DNA from: Candidatus Omnitrophota bacterium
Lineage (GTDB): Bacteria; Omnitrophota; Gorgyraeia; Duberdicusellales; 4484-171
NCBI GenBank assembly: GCA_041652815.1
Contig: JBAZGN010000001.1
Coordinates: forward strand, 637,855-701,854
DNA length: 64,000 bases
Reading direction: 5' to 3'
The position numbers and the translations under genes are program-made. The first letter of the stretch is position 1. The number at the start of each line of letters is the position of its first letter. Below the pieces are notes generated by a model. The model ran no database searches and was not told the origin of the DNA. It saw nothing but the letters and a program-made list of their open reading frames with translations. Positions 51,855 through 62,436 of the stretch are shown here, piece by piece.

Positions 51855-53601
51855 ATTAAAAGGAATTGCTGCTTCCGGTGGAATAGGAATAGGCAAAGCT
51901 TTTGTGCTTGGCAAGGAAGATCTTTCTGCGCCTAAGATAAAAATATCTCATGAGGATATATCAAAGGAAATTTATCGCCTTGAAGAGGCTCTTATTGAGA
52001 CCCGTAAAGAGATATCTAATTTGCAAAAAAAGATTCTGCATGATTTGGGGTTTGACCATGCAAAGGTATTTGAAGCCCACTTACTTGTTTTAGAGGACAG
52101 AGTTCTGATAGAGGATATTATTCAGCAGATAAAAACAAAGAAAGTAAATGTAGAATATGCCTTTTCCCAGAGTATAAAAAAATATGTCGATACTTTGCTT
52201 CGATTAGAAGATGAGTATCTGCGGGAAAGAGTAATAGATATCGAAGATGTTTCGAGAAGAGTTTTAAGGAAGCTTCTTAAAAAAGAAGGCACAAACCTTG
52301 CAGGCTTGAAGGAAAAGGTAATTATTGTATCTCACGACCTTTCTCCATCTCAAACCGCAAGCCTTCCTAAAGAAAATATTTTAGGGTTTGTAACTGACGT
52401 AGGCGGAAGGACATCGCATACTACAATAATTGCAAGAAGCCTGGGGATACCCGCTGTTGTCGGTTTAGAAGTCGCTACAAAAAATATAAAATCAGGAGAG
52501 AGACTCATAGTTGATGGTTCCGAAGGCGTGGTTTTAATAAATCCTGCAGAAAAAATTGTAAAAGAATATCAGAAGAAACTTACCAAGATAACAAAAGATA
52601 TAAAAACGATACATGTCTCCAAGTTAAAGGCTTCAACTCAAGATAGAAAAGAAGTTATAGTTTCCGCTAACATAGAACTTCCGGAAGAACTTTCCTTGGT
52701 GCATGAATACGGGGCAGAGGGTGTAGGGCTTTACCGTACAGAATATATATTCTTAGGCAGGCGCGACCTACCAACAGAAGAAGAACAATTTAAAGCATAC
52801 TTGAATGTTGCAAAAAAAATGAAACCATATTCCGCAATCATAAGAACAATCGACATAGGGGGGGACAAATTTCTTTCGCAACCCCAGGTTCCTCTTGAAA
52901 TGAGCCCATTTTTGGGTTGGCGTGCCATAAGATTTTGTTTGGCGCGCCCGGATGTTTTTAAAACGCAACTTAGGGCCATACTTCGCGCCTCAGTTGAAGG
53001 TAATGTTAAAGTGATGTTTCCGATGATTTCCGGAATTGGAGAGCTAAGAGAAGCTAAAAGACTTCTGGAAGAGTGCAAGAAGGAATTAAAACACGAAAGT
53101 ATCTCTTTTGATGAGAATATATCTATTGGAACAATGATTGAAGTTCCTTCCGCGGCCTTAACGGCGGACACCTTGGCGAAAGAGAGTGATTTTTTTAGCA
53201 TTGGCACGAATGATTTGATACAGTATTCATTAGCCGTAGATAGGGCAAATGAAAAAGTCGCATATCTTTATGAGCCCGGGCATCCGGCAGTTCTTCGGCT
53301 GATAAAGAGCGTAATAGACGTAGCACACGAGAATAATATCTGGGTTGGAATGTGCGGAGAAATGTCAGGAGAGCCTCTTTTTGCTTTTCTTACTCTTGGG
53401 CTTGAGATCGATGAATTCAGCATGCCGCCTCCGCGAGTGCCTCGAATAAAAGAACTGATAAGAAATGTTAGATTTGAAGACGCGAAGGCAATCGCTGAAA
53501 AAGCAGTGAAGCTTCCTACCGCTAAGGAAGTAGAAAAGTATATTCAGGATGAATTAAAAAAAATACTGCAGGATGATTTTGATAGAATACTTCTGGTTTA
53601 A
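51847..53601 (+). CDS. ptsI: Phosphoenolpyruvate-protein phosphotransferase (PTS enzyme I, PtsI/PtsP type without a GAF domain).
   Basis: GGRTSHTTIIARSLGIPAVVG phospho-His region and a PEP-utilising C-terminal domain (the Cys within MCGEM). Confidence 0.85.
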   Translation: MNRLKGIAASGGIGIGKAFVLGKEDLSAPKIKISHEDISKEIYRLEEALIETRKEISNLQKKILHDLGFDHAKVFEAHLLVLEDRVLIEDIIQQIKTKKVNVEYAFSQSIKKYVDTLLRLEDEYLRERVIDIEDVSRRVLRKLLKKEGTNLAGLKEKVIIVSHDLSPSQTASLPKENILGFVTDVGGRTSHTTIIARSLGIPAVVGLEVATKNIKSGERLIVDGSEGVVLINPAEKIVKEYQKKLTKITKDIKTIHVSKLKASTQDRKEVIVSANIELPEELSLVHEYGAEGVGLYRTEYIFLGRRDLPTEEEQFKAYLNVAKKMKPYSAIIRTIDIGGDKFLSQPQVPLEMSPFLGWRAIRFCLARPDVFKTQLRAILRASVEGNVKVMFPMISGIGELREAKRLLEECKKELKHESISFDENISIGTMIEVPSAALTADTLAKESDFFSIGTNDLIQYSLAVDRANEKVAYLYEPGHPAVLRLIKSVIDVAHENNIWVGMCGEMSGEPLFAFLTLGLEIDEFSMPPPRVPRIKELIRNVRFEDAKAIAEKAVKLPTAKEVEKYIQDELKKILQDDFDRILLV

Positions 53602-53740
53602 TCGACCCTCAGAAACCAGACACTCAAATAATTTGAGCGCTAGGTTTCTGAGGGGCGATTAACCCCGCCGGAGTCATGGTAAATTTGCTTACCCGCGGAG
53701 CGGGTGAGGAAATTTACCATGTATATAGCGAAGGCGGGGA
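53602..53740. repeat. Nested palindromic spacer: 12-bp stem CCCTCAGAAACC/GGTTTCTGAGGG, then CCCCGCC ... GGCGGGG enclosing a perfect 12-bp inverted repeat CATGGTAAATTT/AAATTTACCATG.
   Basis: Seen directly; probably a ptsI terminator plus a further element. Confidence 0.5.
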
Positions 53741-53794
53741 GAATATAGAGAATTTCAGGCTTTAGTTTGAGAAGATTCATTTAAAAAAAGTAAT

Positions 53795-54547
53795 ATGCGT
53801 ATACTCGTCTTAGCCGCCGGTTATGGTACAAGATTATATCCCCTAACCTTAAATTTGCCAAAATCATTGGTGCCTGTGTGCAATAAGCCGTTGATGAATT
53901 TTCTCACAGAGAAAATAGGCATCTTAAAGAAAAAGTTTCCGGTTAAGAATGTAGTAGTTGTATCCAATAATAAATTTTATAAAGATTTTCTTAGTTGGAA
54001 GAAAAAATATAAAATAGACCTTGATATCATAAATGATGGTTCAAACACCCCCGAAGACAGGTTGGGAGCCGTAAAAGATATTAATTTTGCCATAGCTGGT
54101 AAACAGGATGATTGGCTTATCCTAGGCGGGGATAATTTATTTGATGATAATCTCACTGGTTTTGTCAGTTTTGCCTATAAAAAGAGTAGCCCTTGTGTCG
54201 GAATATATGACGTAAAAGATAAAAAAAACGCTTCGCGGTATGGGATTGTCGAGATAGATAAAAATAAAAAAATAATAAAGCTTGAAGAAAAACCTAAAAA
54301 GCCATTTTCGACTCTCGCGGCAACCTGTATTTATTTTTTCCCCAAAAAATCACTTAGATTTTTAGATATGTTTTTAAAAAGAGAAAAGACTACCGATGCG
54401 GCAGGAAAATATATAAAATGGCTTACAACCAAGACAGAAGTCTATGGGTATGTACTTAACGGAAGCTGGACAGATATAGGCCATATCGATTCTTTAATGA
54501 TCGCAGAAAAAAAGTACAGGCAATTGAAGGAGGGAAAATGCAATTAG
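53795..54547 (+). CDS. Sugar-phosphate nucleotidyltransferase (NTP_transferase family).
   Basis: N-terminal LAAGYGTRLYPLT signature (G-x-G-T-R-x-x-P). Confidence 0.65.
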   Translation: MRILVLAAGYGTRLYPLTLNLPKSLVPVCNKPLMNFLTEKIGILKKKFPVKNVVVVSNNKFYKDFLSWKKKYKIDLDIINDGSNTPEDRLGAVKDINFAIAGKQDDWLILGGDNLFDDNLTGFVSFAYKKSSPCVGIYDVKDKKNASRYGIVEIDKNKKIIKLEEKPKKPFSTLAATCIYFFPKKSLRFLDMFLKREKTTDAAGKYIKWLTTKTEVYGYVLNGSWTDIGHIDSLMIAEKKYRQLKEGKCN

Positions 54548-55605
54548 AAAAGGTTAGAAAAAAAATAGACAATATAGATACCCAAATAGTTAAACTTCTT
54601 AATAGGCGGGCGCAAGAGGTTATTGAAATCAATAAGATTAAAACAAAAAATAAATTAAGTAATTATGCCGCCGAAAGGGAAACAAATATATTAAGGCGGC
54701 TGAAAGATTTAGGGAAAGGCCCGCTTGCCTCGGTTGACCTGGAAAATATTTTTCGAGAAGTACTTTCTTCCTGTCGTTCCCTAAAATCGGTTTTAAGAGT
54801 AGCTTATCTTGGGCCACAGGGTACATTTACTCATCTTGCCGCTATAAGAAATTTCGGCAAAAAAGCGCAATATATTTCTGCTGAAAGTATAAGTGATTGC
54901 TTCGATAAAGTGGAAAGGCAAGAAGCAGATTACGCAGTTGTGCCTATAGAAAACTCAACAGAAGGAGTAATAAATTATACTCTGGATATGTTCGTTGACT
55001 CTAACTTAAAAATATGTTCGGAAGCAACTCTAAGTATTTCTCATTACCTTTTAGCCGCATCCGGTATTACCTTAAATAAGATAAAAAAGGTATACTCGAA
55101 TCCTCAGGTATTTCCGCAATGCCGCATCTGGCTTAGCCGCCACCTGCCGGGCGTTGAATTCATACCTACAACTTCAACGGCAAAAGCAGCGATAGCGGCA
55201 AAGAAAGACAGGCACGGAGCATGCATAGGTAATAGAATTCTTGCTGAAACTTATGGCCTGAACGTAGTAGCTTCTTCAATTGAAGATTCTTCATCAAATA
55301 TTACGCGTTTTTTGATAATAGCTAATTATGACAGCGGAGTTTCCGGAAAAGATAAAACTTCTATTTTATTTTCCGTAAAAGACAGAATAGGAGTATTGCA
55401 TGATGTTTTGTATAGTTTCAAGAAATATGGTATCAACCTTACTAAAATAGAATCACGCCCTTCAAAGAAAAAACCCTGGGAGTATTACTTTTTTATTGAT
55501 TTTGAAGGCCACAGAAATTCAACGAATGTGCAAAAAGCACTCATCCAGTTAGAACAGCAGTGTGTTTTCGTTAAGATTCTTGGGTCATATCCGAAAGAAA
55601 GTTAA
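54538..55605 (+). CDS. pheA: Bifunctional chorismate mutase / prephenate dehydratase.
   Basis: CM helix (KIDNIDTQIVKLLNRRAQ), PDT domain (VAYLGPQGTFTH, ESRPS) and a C-terminal ACT domain. Confidence 0.85.
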   Translation: MQLEKVRKKIDNIDTQIVKLLNRRAQEVIEINKIKTKNKLSNYAAERETNILRRLKDLGKGPLASVDLENIFREVLSSCRSLKSVLRVAYLGPQGTFTHLAAIRNFGKKAQYISAESISDCFDKVERQEADYAVVPIENSTEGVINYTLDMFVDSNLKICSEATLSISHYLLAASGITLNKIKKVYSNPQVFPQCRIWLSRHLPGVEFIPTTSTAKAAIAAKKDRHGACIGNRILAETYGLNVVASSIEDSSSNITRFLIIANYDSGVSGKDKTSILFSVKDRIGVLHDVLYSFKKYGINLTKIESRPSKKKPWEYYFFIDFEGHRNSTNVQKALIQLEQQCVFVKILGSYPKES

Positions 55606-55662
55606 ACGTTGATTACGAAAATTTAAATTAGTCCAACCAGAGATTTATTCAAAAGGAGCAAA

Positions 55663-56748
55663 ATGCTTTTTAGAAAAGGATTAAATAAAATTAAGCCTTA
55701 CGAACCAGGAAAGCCTATTGAAGAGGTTAAAAGGGCGCTGGGGTTAAAAGAAGTCTATAAGCTTGCTTCCAATGAAATTCCTTTTGTGCCGGTTTATATC
55801 AGAAAAGCAATTTATGAAGAAATAAACAATATAAACCGTTATCCCGAAGGAAGCTCGTTCTATCTAAGAAGGAGCCTGGCATCAAAGCTGAAAGTCAAGG
55901 AATCGCAGATTGTTTTCGGAAATGGTTCCGATGAGCTTATTACCCTTGCTTTGCGCGCAACTATCGAGAATAAAGATGAAGTAATTATAGGCTATCCGAC
56001 TTTTCTTGTTTATGAAATACAATCCGCTGTTTTTGGGGCGAAAATAATAAGAGTGCCGCTTAGTAACTTGCGTTACGATTTGGAGGCAATGGCAAGCAAG
56101 GTTACCAAAAAAACCAAGATTATTTTTGTAGCCAATCCGGATAATCCGACAGGAACATATGTTGCTCAAAAAGAAGTTGAAGAGTTTCTTAAAAGCATAC
56201 CCAAAACTATATTGGTTGTTTTTGATGAGGCTTATTTTGAGTTCGCTCCTTCGGATTTTCCCAATACCTTTGATTTTTTAAAGAAGAGAGGCAACATCAT
56301 AATAACACGCACATTTTCCAAGGTTTATGGTTTGGCTGGGCTAAGAATCGGTTATGCGATAACCACGGAAGCAATTGCCAATGTGCTTAATAAAATAAGA
56401 GAGCCGTTTAATATAAACAGGTTTGCCCAGGTGGCAGCTTTAGCTGCAATAAAAAATGACAAGTTTCTGAAAAATACCCGTTCGTATATTCTTAACGAAA
56501 AAAAATACCTATATAAGGAATTGCGCAGGCTAAATGTATCTTTTAAAGAAAGCGCAACTAATTTTGTGCTTATTGATTTTAAGAAAGATGCAAATAAGTT
56601 TAATTCTTATCTTCTTAAAAAAGGCATAATCGTCAGGCCACTTTCCGGCTGGGGGCTTAAGAATTATTTTCGCGTAACAGTGGGCCTGCATAAGGAAAAT
56701 GAAAAATTTATACGTTGTTTCGAAAATTACCTGAATACGGAGGATTGA
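55663..56748 (+). CDS. hisC: Histidinol-phosphate / aromatic aminotransferase (class II, HisC family).
   Basis: PLP Lys motif (TFSKVYGLAGLRIGY) and KPYEPG N-terminus. Confidence 0.75.
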   Translation: MLFRKGLNKIKPYEPGKPIEEVKRALGLKEVYKLASNEIPFVPVYIRKAIYEEINNINRYPEGSSFYLRRSLASKLKVKESQIVFGNGSDELITLALRATIENKDEVIIGYPTFLVYEIQSAVFGAKIIRVPLSNLRYDLEAMASKVTKKTKIIFVANPDNPTGTYVAQKEVEEFLKSIPKTILVVFDEAYFEFAPSDFPNTFDFLKKRGNIIITRTFSKVYGLAGLRIGYAITTEAIANVLNKIREPFNINRFAQVAALAAIKNDKFLKNTRSYILNEKKYLYKELRRLNVSFKESATNFVLIDFKKDANKFNSYLLKKGIIVRPLSGWGLKNYFRVTVGLHKENEKFIRCFENYLNTED

Positions 56749-56749
56749 G

Positions 56750-57766
56750 ATGATTGTTGTTTTTAAAAAAGAAGCTACGCAGAAAGAAATAGACCATGTG
56801 ATAGAGCGCGTCGAAAAATTAGGGTTAAAGGCGCTTGTCTCCCGGGGCACGGAAAGAACAATTATGGGCATTATCGGCCCGGAAGATGCAATAAGGGTGC
56901 AGCCTCTGGAAGCTTTCTCAGGGGTTGAAAGGGTCATGCCGGTTTTGGCACCCTATAAACTAGTATCTCGAGAATTTAAAAAAGAAAACAGCGTAATAAA
57001 AATAAGAGAAGGTGTTGAGATAGGCGGAAAAAAACTCGTTGTTATAGCCGGGCCTTGCTCGATAGAATCCCGCGATTTACTGCATGAAGTTGCTGTTAAA
57101 GTAAAAAAATCAGGAGCTCTTATTTTACGTGGAGGCGCGTTTAAGCCGCGTACATCCCCGTATACATTTCAGGGCCTCGGTGAGGAAGGCCTGAAGATTT
57201 TAAAAGATGTATCAAACGAATTAAACATTCCAACAGTTACAGAAGTAATGGACACTAAAGACGTCGAATTGGTTGCGCGATATGCGGATATCTTACAGAT
57301 AGGCGCGCGCAATATGCAAAATTTTAATCTATTAAAGGAAGTCGGACAAACCCAAAAGCCGGTTATTTTAAAAAGAGGATTAAGTGCCACCATAAAAGAA
57401 TTATTAATGAGTGCTGAGTATATAATGGCAGGAGGAAATTTCAATGTTATTTTATGCGAAAGGGGAATAAGGACTTTCGAAGATTTTACGCGTAATACGC
57501 TTGACCTATCCGCGGTTCCTTGCGTAAAACAACTTTCTCATCTTCCTATATTAGTAGACCCTTCTCATGCAACCGGAAAATGGGGTTTGGTTGCACCACT
57601 TAGCAAAGCTGCCTTGGCTTGCGGTGCAGATGGTTTACTTATTGAAGTGCATCCAAAACCGGAAGAAGCTTTAAGCGATGGGCCACAGCAGCTTATTCCA
57701 GAAAATTTCACTCAACTGATGAAAGAATTAGAGTCAATTGCAGTTGCCTGTGGCAGGCAACTATAA
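56750..57766 (+). CDS. 3-deoxy-D-arabino-heptulosonate-7-phosphate synthase, type I-beta, with an N-terminal ferredoxin-like regulatory domain.
   Basis: KDO8PS-like core (LVVIAGPCSIES, GARNMQN, KRG) preceded by an approx. 70-aa extension. Confidence 0.8.
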   Translation: MIVVFKKEATQKEIDHVIERVEKLGLKALVSRGTERTIMGIIGPEDAIRVQPLEAFSGVERVMPVLAPYKLVSREFKKENSVIKIREGVEIGGKKLVVIAGPCSIESRDLLHEVAVKVKKSGALILRGGAFKPRTSPYTFQGLGEEGLKILKDVSNELNIPTVTEVMDTKDVELVARYADILQIGARNMQNFNLLKEVGQTQKPVILKRGLSATIKELLMSAEYIMAGGNFNVILCERGIRTFEDFTRNTLDLSAVPCVKQLSHLPILVDPSHATGKWGLVAPLSKAALACGADGLLIEVHPKPEEALSDGPQQLIPENFTQLMKELESIAVACGRQL

Positions 57767-57770
57767 ATTT

Positions 57771-58616
57771 ATGAAATCTATAAAAAGAATTGCAATTCTT
57801 GGCGTAGGATTTATGGGAGGCTCTTTAGCCCTTGCCATAAAGAAAAACTTTTCCGGTATTTTTATTGTAGGTTATGCAAGGAGTAAATCTACTTATAAAA
57901 GGCTTTCGAAATTAAATATTGTTGATAAGGTTGAAAAAGATTTAGGTAAAGCTGTCTGTGGCAGCGACATAGTAGTGTTAGCTGCACCCATATATTCCAT
58001 AATCGATTATTTTAAAAAAATTACTCCTTTTCTTAAACAAGGAGCAATTGTTATTGATCTAGGCTCAACCAAAGAACTTATTGAAAATAAAGCCCATAAA
58101 TATTTACCCAAGAATACTTATTTTGTCGGTTGTCACCCGCTTTGCGGCAGTGACAAAAGTGGTGCGCAATTTTCAACGCCGAAACTTTATAAAGGAGCGA
58201 TTTGTCTTGTATCGCCTGCCAAGAATAAAACAGCACTGCGAAAAGTAAACTCTTTATGGATGAGATTGGGTTGCAAGGTAATTTTAGTAAATGCAAAAAC
58301 CCACGACAAGATACTTTCTTCAATTTCTCATCTCGTGCACGTTATTTCTTTTTCTCTTACGGGATTTGTGCCAAAAGCCTATCTTAAATTTGCCGCAACA
58401 AGTTTGCGGGATTTAACCCGTGTGTCAAATTCTCCAGCTGCTGTATGGGCGGATATTTTGATTTCAAATAAAAAGAATGTAACACGAGATACCGAAAAAT
58501 TCATAAAAGGTTTAGAAAAATTCAAAGAACTTATAAAAAAAGATAAAAAAGAAGAAATTTTAAAACTTATAAAGAATATAAACAAAAAGCAAAAAACTAT
58601 CTCTGCTTTGCATTAA
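57771..58616 (+). CDS. tyrA: Prephenate/arogenate dehydrogenase. The start is chosen at the ATG 5 nt after the DAHP synthase stop; the ORF track begins earlier in an overlapping frame.
   Basis: Rossmann IAILGVGFMGGSLA and a TyrA fold. Confidence 0.8.
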   Translation: MKSIKRIAILGVGFMGGSLALAIKKNFSGIFIVGYARSKSTYKRLSKLNIVDKVEKDLGKAVCGSDIVVLAAPIYSIIDYFKKITPFLKQGAIVIDLGSTKELIENKAHKYLPKNTYFVGCHPLCGSDKSGAQFSTPKLYKGAICLVSPAKNKTALRKVNSLWMRLGCKVILVNAKTHDKILSSISHLVHVISFSLTGFVPKAYLKFAATSLRDLTRVSNSPAAVWADILISNKKNVTRDTEKFIKGLEKFKELIKKDKKEEILKLIKNINKKQKTISALH

Positions 58617-58620
58617 AATC

Positions 58621-59277
58621 ATGATTGTCGCTATAGATGGTCCTGCCGGTAGCGGAAAAACAACAATTGCAAAACTCTTAAGCAAAAAGCTTAATATTTC
58701 CTACCTTGATACAGGGGCAACTTACCGCGCCCTTACTCTAAAAGCTTTGGAGGGGGGAATTGATTTAAAAGATGCTTCGCTCCTCGCACAATTGGCCGCA
58801 AACCTTAATCTAAAGCTTGATGGGCAAAAAACATATCTTGATGGTAAAGATGTGAGCGAAGAAATCCGCACCCCGCTCATAGATAAAAATATTTCAATTA
58901 TAGTAGCGCATCCTAAGGTGCGAAGCGTAATGGTATCTTTACAGAGGGCAGTTGCAAAGGGTAAGGATTTTGTCGTAGAAGGAAGAGATATTACAACGGT
59001 AGTTTTTCCTAATGCAGAATTTAAATTTTATCTTGATGCAGATAGCGCTATACGGGCAGAGAGAAGGTTTAGGGAATTAGAAGCAAAAGGAATGAAAATA
59101 GATTTTACCGAAACGGAAAAAGATCTGCGTAAAAGAGATGATGCTGATAAAAAAAGAGAGGTTGGAGCACTTACCTTAAGCTCAGATGCTACTTATATAG
59201 ATACGACTAAAATGAGTATAGAAGAAGTAATCAATACAATGGTTGCTTACATAGAAAATAGAAAAAATAACAAATGA
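58621..59277 (+). CDS. cmk: Cytidylate kinase.
   Basis: IVAIDGPAGSGKTT P-loop. Confidence 0.9.
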   Translation: MIVAIDGPAGSGKTTIAKLLSKKLNISYLDTGATYRALTLKALEGGIDLKDASLLAQLAANLNLKLDGQKTYLDGKDVSEEIRTPLIDKNISIIVAHPKVRSVMVSLQRAVAKGKDFVVEGRDITTVVFPNAEFKFYLDADSAIRAERRFRELEAKGMKIDFTETEKDLRKRDDADKKREVGALTLSSDATYIDTTKMSIEEVINTMVAYIENRKNNK

Positions 59278-61067
59278 GCGAAATAGAAAGAATAAGAAAT
59301 TTTTGTATTATAGCGCATATAGACCATGGTAAATCTACGCTTGCCGATAGATTTCTGGAAATAACCGGTGCCATAGATAAACGTAAATTCGAGAATCAAA
59401 TGTTAGATAGCATGGAGCTCGAGAGAGAAAGGGGTATTACAATTAAAGCTAAGGCGGTAAGGCTCAAATTTACATATAAAGAAAACGACTATATTTTAAA
59501 CCTTATTGATACGCCTGGCCACGTTGATTTTACTTATGAGGTTGCAAAATCTCTTAAGGCCTGTGAAGGAGCTATACTCTTGGTTGATGCTTCCCAGGGC
59601 GTAGAAGCCCAGACTGTTGCCAATTTTTATCTTGCGCTTGAGGCAAACCTTAAGATAATTCCGGTTGTAAACAAAATAGATCTACCCAATGCCGACGTTG
59701 GCCGCACATTAGGGCAACTTAACGATATTTTTGGGTTTAAAAGAGAAGAGGTTTCCCTTGTATCGGCGAAGGCAGGTGATGGAATAAATGAGGTATTGGC
59801 TAGAGTAATTGAAGAATTTTCTGCGCCGCAGGCAGTTAAGGAAGCGCCCCTTAAGGCAATACTTTTTGATTCAAGCTTTGATATTTACAGGGGGGTTATA
59901 TTGTTTGTAAGAGTATTTGACGGCCGTCTCGCCGCCGGCGACAATATTTTACTTATGCGGGCAAAGAAAACCTATAAAGTAGAAGAAGTAGGGATATTTT
60001 TACCCAGTATGGAGAAAAAAGAATCTTTGACAAGCGGAGAGGTCGGTTATATTTGTTGTGGCATAAGAGACCCGCATGAAGTAGAAATGGGGGACACTGT
60101 AACTAACCCCGATAATCCTACGCCTGCGCCTTTCGAAGGATATAAAAAAATCCCGCCCATGGTTTTCTGCGGTATATTTCCTTCGCAACCCAAGAGTTAC
60201 CCGCTTTTAAGAGAGGCTATTGAGAGATTACGCCTGTCAGACCCGTCATTTGTTTATGAGCCGGATAATCTTGGAAGTTTAGGCTACGGTTTTCGATGCG
60301 GATTTTTAGGCCTGCTTCATATAGAAATAATCCAGGAACGCCTTGAAAGAGAATATAACCTTGACCTTATCCTTACTTCTCCAAGCGTAATGTATAAAGT
60401 GAAAAAGACTACGAAAGATTTAGTAGATGTGCAAAGCCCTCATCAACTTCCAGATCCTTCTTCAATTGACGAGGCGTATGAGCCGTTTGTTAAAGCAAGT
60501 ATAATTTCTCCGATTGACGAGATGGATGCAATATGTGATTTGGCAAAATCCCGGCGCGGCGTGTTCGTTAAAATGGACTATTTGGGTAAAGACCGCTTAA
60601 ATATAGCGTTTGAACTTCCGCTTAGCGAAATCATCATAGATTTTTATGATAAGATAAAATCAATTACCAAAGGATACGCTTCGTTGGATTATGAATTTAT
60701 CGAATACCGGAAAACAGAGATAGTCAAAATTGATATACTTTTTAACAAAAAACAGGTAGAAGCCTTTTCTATACTGGTTCATAAAGAAAAATCAGAAGCC
60801 CGCGCACGGATGGTAGTTGAAAAATTAAAAGAACTTATCCCGCGGCAGATGTTTGAGATAAGCATCCAGGCAGCCGTAGGCTCAAAGATTATAGCTTCAG
60901 AGAGAGTATCTGCTCTTAAGAAGAACGTAACTGCTAAATGCTACGGAGGAGATATTACGCGTAAGCGTAAGCTTTGGGAGCGGCAAAAAGAAGGCAAGAA
61001 GAAACTTAAACAAATGGGTAATATCAATGTTCCTCAAGAGGCATTTTTAGAAGTGCTTAAAATGTAA
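59274..61067 (+). CDS. lepA: Elongation factor 4 (LepA).
   Basis: GTPase motifs AHIDHGKST, DTPGH, NKID and the LepA C-terminal domain. Confidence 0.9.
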   Translation: MSEIERIRNFCIIAHIDHGKSTLADRFLEITGAIDKRKFENQMLDSMELERERGITIKAKAVRLKFTYKENDYILNLIDTPGHVDFTYEVAKSLKACEGAILLVDASQGVEAQTVANFYLALEANLKIIPVVNKIDLPNADVGRTLGQLNDIFGFKREEVSLVSAKAGDGINEVLARVIEEFSAPQAVKEAPLKAILFDSSFDIYRGVILFVRVFDGRLAAGDNILLMRAKKTYKVEEVGIFLPSMEKKESLTSGEVGYICCGIRDPHEVEMGDTVTNPDNPTPAPFEGYKKIPPMVFCGIFPSQPKSYPLLREAIERLRLSDPSFVYEPDNLGSLGYGFRCGFLGLLHIEIIQERLEREYNLDLILTSPSVMYKVKKTTKDLVDVQSPHQLPDPSSIDEAYEPFVKASIISPIDEMDAICDLAKSRRGVFVKMDYLGKDRLNIAFELPLSEIIIDFYDKIKSITKGYASLDYEFIEYRKTEIVKIDILFNKKQVEAFSILVHKEKSEARARMVVEKLKELIPRQMFEISIQAAVGSKIIASERVSALKKNVTAKCYGGDITRKRKLWERQKEGKKKLKQMGNINVPQEAFLEVLKM

Positions 61068-61113
61068 CTTGGCATTGGTTTTGTCGAGAAATCTGTTATA
61101 ATGAATTTAATTC

Positions 61114-61713
61114 ATGGAAAATAAAGTTAAACAAAAAAGTATATGGCGGGAGTGGGGCGAGGCCTTTGTTGTTGCTTTTCTACTTGCGGTTTTTGTAAGG
61201 ACTTTCTTTTTTCAGATATATCAGATTCCTACGACTTCAATGGTGCCGACTTTGATGCCGGGTGACAAAATTTTTGCAAATAGAATTACCTATGGCCCAA
61301 AGATTCCTTTTACTTCTTTGCATCTGCCTGTATTCAAAAATCCCGAGAGGCTTGATGTGGTGGTTTTTGTTCCTCCTGATGAAAAAATAAGGCCCTGGCT
61401 AGGCAGGAAACAGTTCATTAAAAGATTAATCGGCCTTCCCGGAGAGCGCGTTCTAATAAAAGCCGGCAATATTTATATTAACGGAGAAAAATTAGTTGAT
61501 TCAAGGATTGATTGGATTAAGTATTCCAATGCCGGGGAGTACGGACAAAAAAATGAAGAGATAACTGTGCCCGAAGGTAAATATTTTTTCCTGGGAGATA
61601 ATACCGATAATTCACAGGATAGCAGGTTTTGGGGATATGCCGACAGAAGCGACATTATGGGCAAGGCGATTTTTATCTGGTGGCCGCCCAAAAGAATAGC
61701 AGTAATAAAATAG
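61114..61713 (+). CDS. lepB: Signal peptidase I.
   Basis: Catalytic-Ser box IPTTSMVPTLMPGD, Lys box, GDNTDNSQDSR. Confidence 0.85.
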   Translation: MENKVKQKSIWREWGEAFVVAFLLAVFVRTFFFQIYQIPTTSMVPTLMPGDKIFANRITYGPKIPFTSLHLPVFKNPERLDVVVFVPPDEKIRPWLGRKQFIKRLIGLPGERVLIKAGNIYINGEKLVDSRIDWIKYSNAGEYGQKNEEITVPEGKYFFLGDNTDNSQDSRFWGYADRSDIMGKAIFIWWPPKRIAVIK

Positions 61714-61721
61714 TTCTTTAA

Positions 61722-61840
61722 AACACGAATATACACGAATTGTATACGAATGGCCACGAATGAGAAGAAAAATTGTATATAAAATTTGAGTATTTTAATT
61801 CGTGAATATTCGTGTGTAATTAGTGGCCAGGCGTGTATGA
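61722..61840. repeat. Family-6 element, CA-variant copy (ACACGAATATACACGAATTGTATACGAATGGCCACGAATG ... ATTCGTGAATATTCGTGTG), between the two lepB paralogs.
   Basis: Same architecture as 19755-19890. Confidence 0.55.
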
Positions 61841-62420
61841 AAAAAATTCCACCAGAATGCGTAGGATTTTAGTCTTAATTTCAATTTCAGTTTTAATTTT
61901 GTTTGCTGTTTTTGTTTTTGTCAGCATATTTTTTATGCAAACATACAAAATTCCTACGACTTCAATGGTGCCGACTTTGATGCCGGGGGATAAGATTGCT
62001 GTAAACAAAATTGTTTATGGCCCGAGAATTCCTTTTGTATCGGTGAGGCTGCCTGGTTTTAAAAAACCCGCAAAAGGAGAGGTTGTAGTATTCATCTCGC
62101 CGGCTGACAGGAGCAAGGCATATGTAAAAAGGCTTATTGCAGTTTCTGGAGAGCGCCTTAGCATAAAAGATGGAAACATCTATATTAATGGAAAAATAAT
62201 GGTTGACCCGCGTATCGCAAGGAATTATTATTATAACCAAGGAGATTACGCTAAAGGCAATAAAGAGATAATTGTGCCTGAAGGCAAGTATTTCTTTATG
62301 GGCGACAATAGCATTTCTTCTTTAGATAGCAGGTTTTGGGGCTTTGTTGATGGGCGAGACATCGTGGGTAAGGCTATTTTTATCTGGTGGCCGCCCAAAA
62401 GAATAGGAATGATTGAGTAA
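61833..62420 (+). CDS. lepB: Signal peptidase I, tandem paralog. An alternative start at 61857 (MRRIL...) is plausible.
   Basis: IPTTSMVPTLMPGD and GDNSISSLDSR; about 55% identical to the upstream copy by eye. Confidence 0.85.
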   Translation: MYEKNSTRMRRILVLISISVLILFAVFVFVSIFFMQTYKIPTTSMVPTLMPGDKIAVNKIVYGPRIPFVSVRLPGFKKPAKGEVVVFISPADRSKAYVKRLIAVSGERLSIKDGNIYINGKIMVDPRIARNYYYNQGDYAKGNKEIIVPEGKYFFMGDNSISSLDSRFWGFVDGRDIVGKAIFIWWPPKRIGMIE

Positions 62421-62436
62421 AACCAAATTTTGATAT

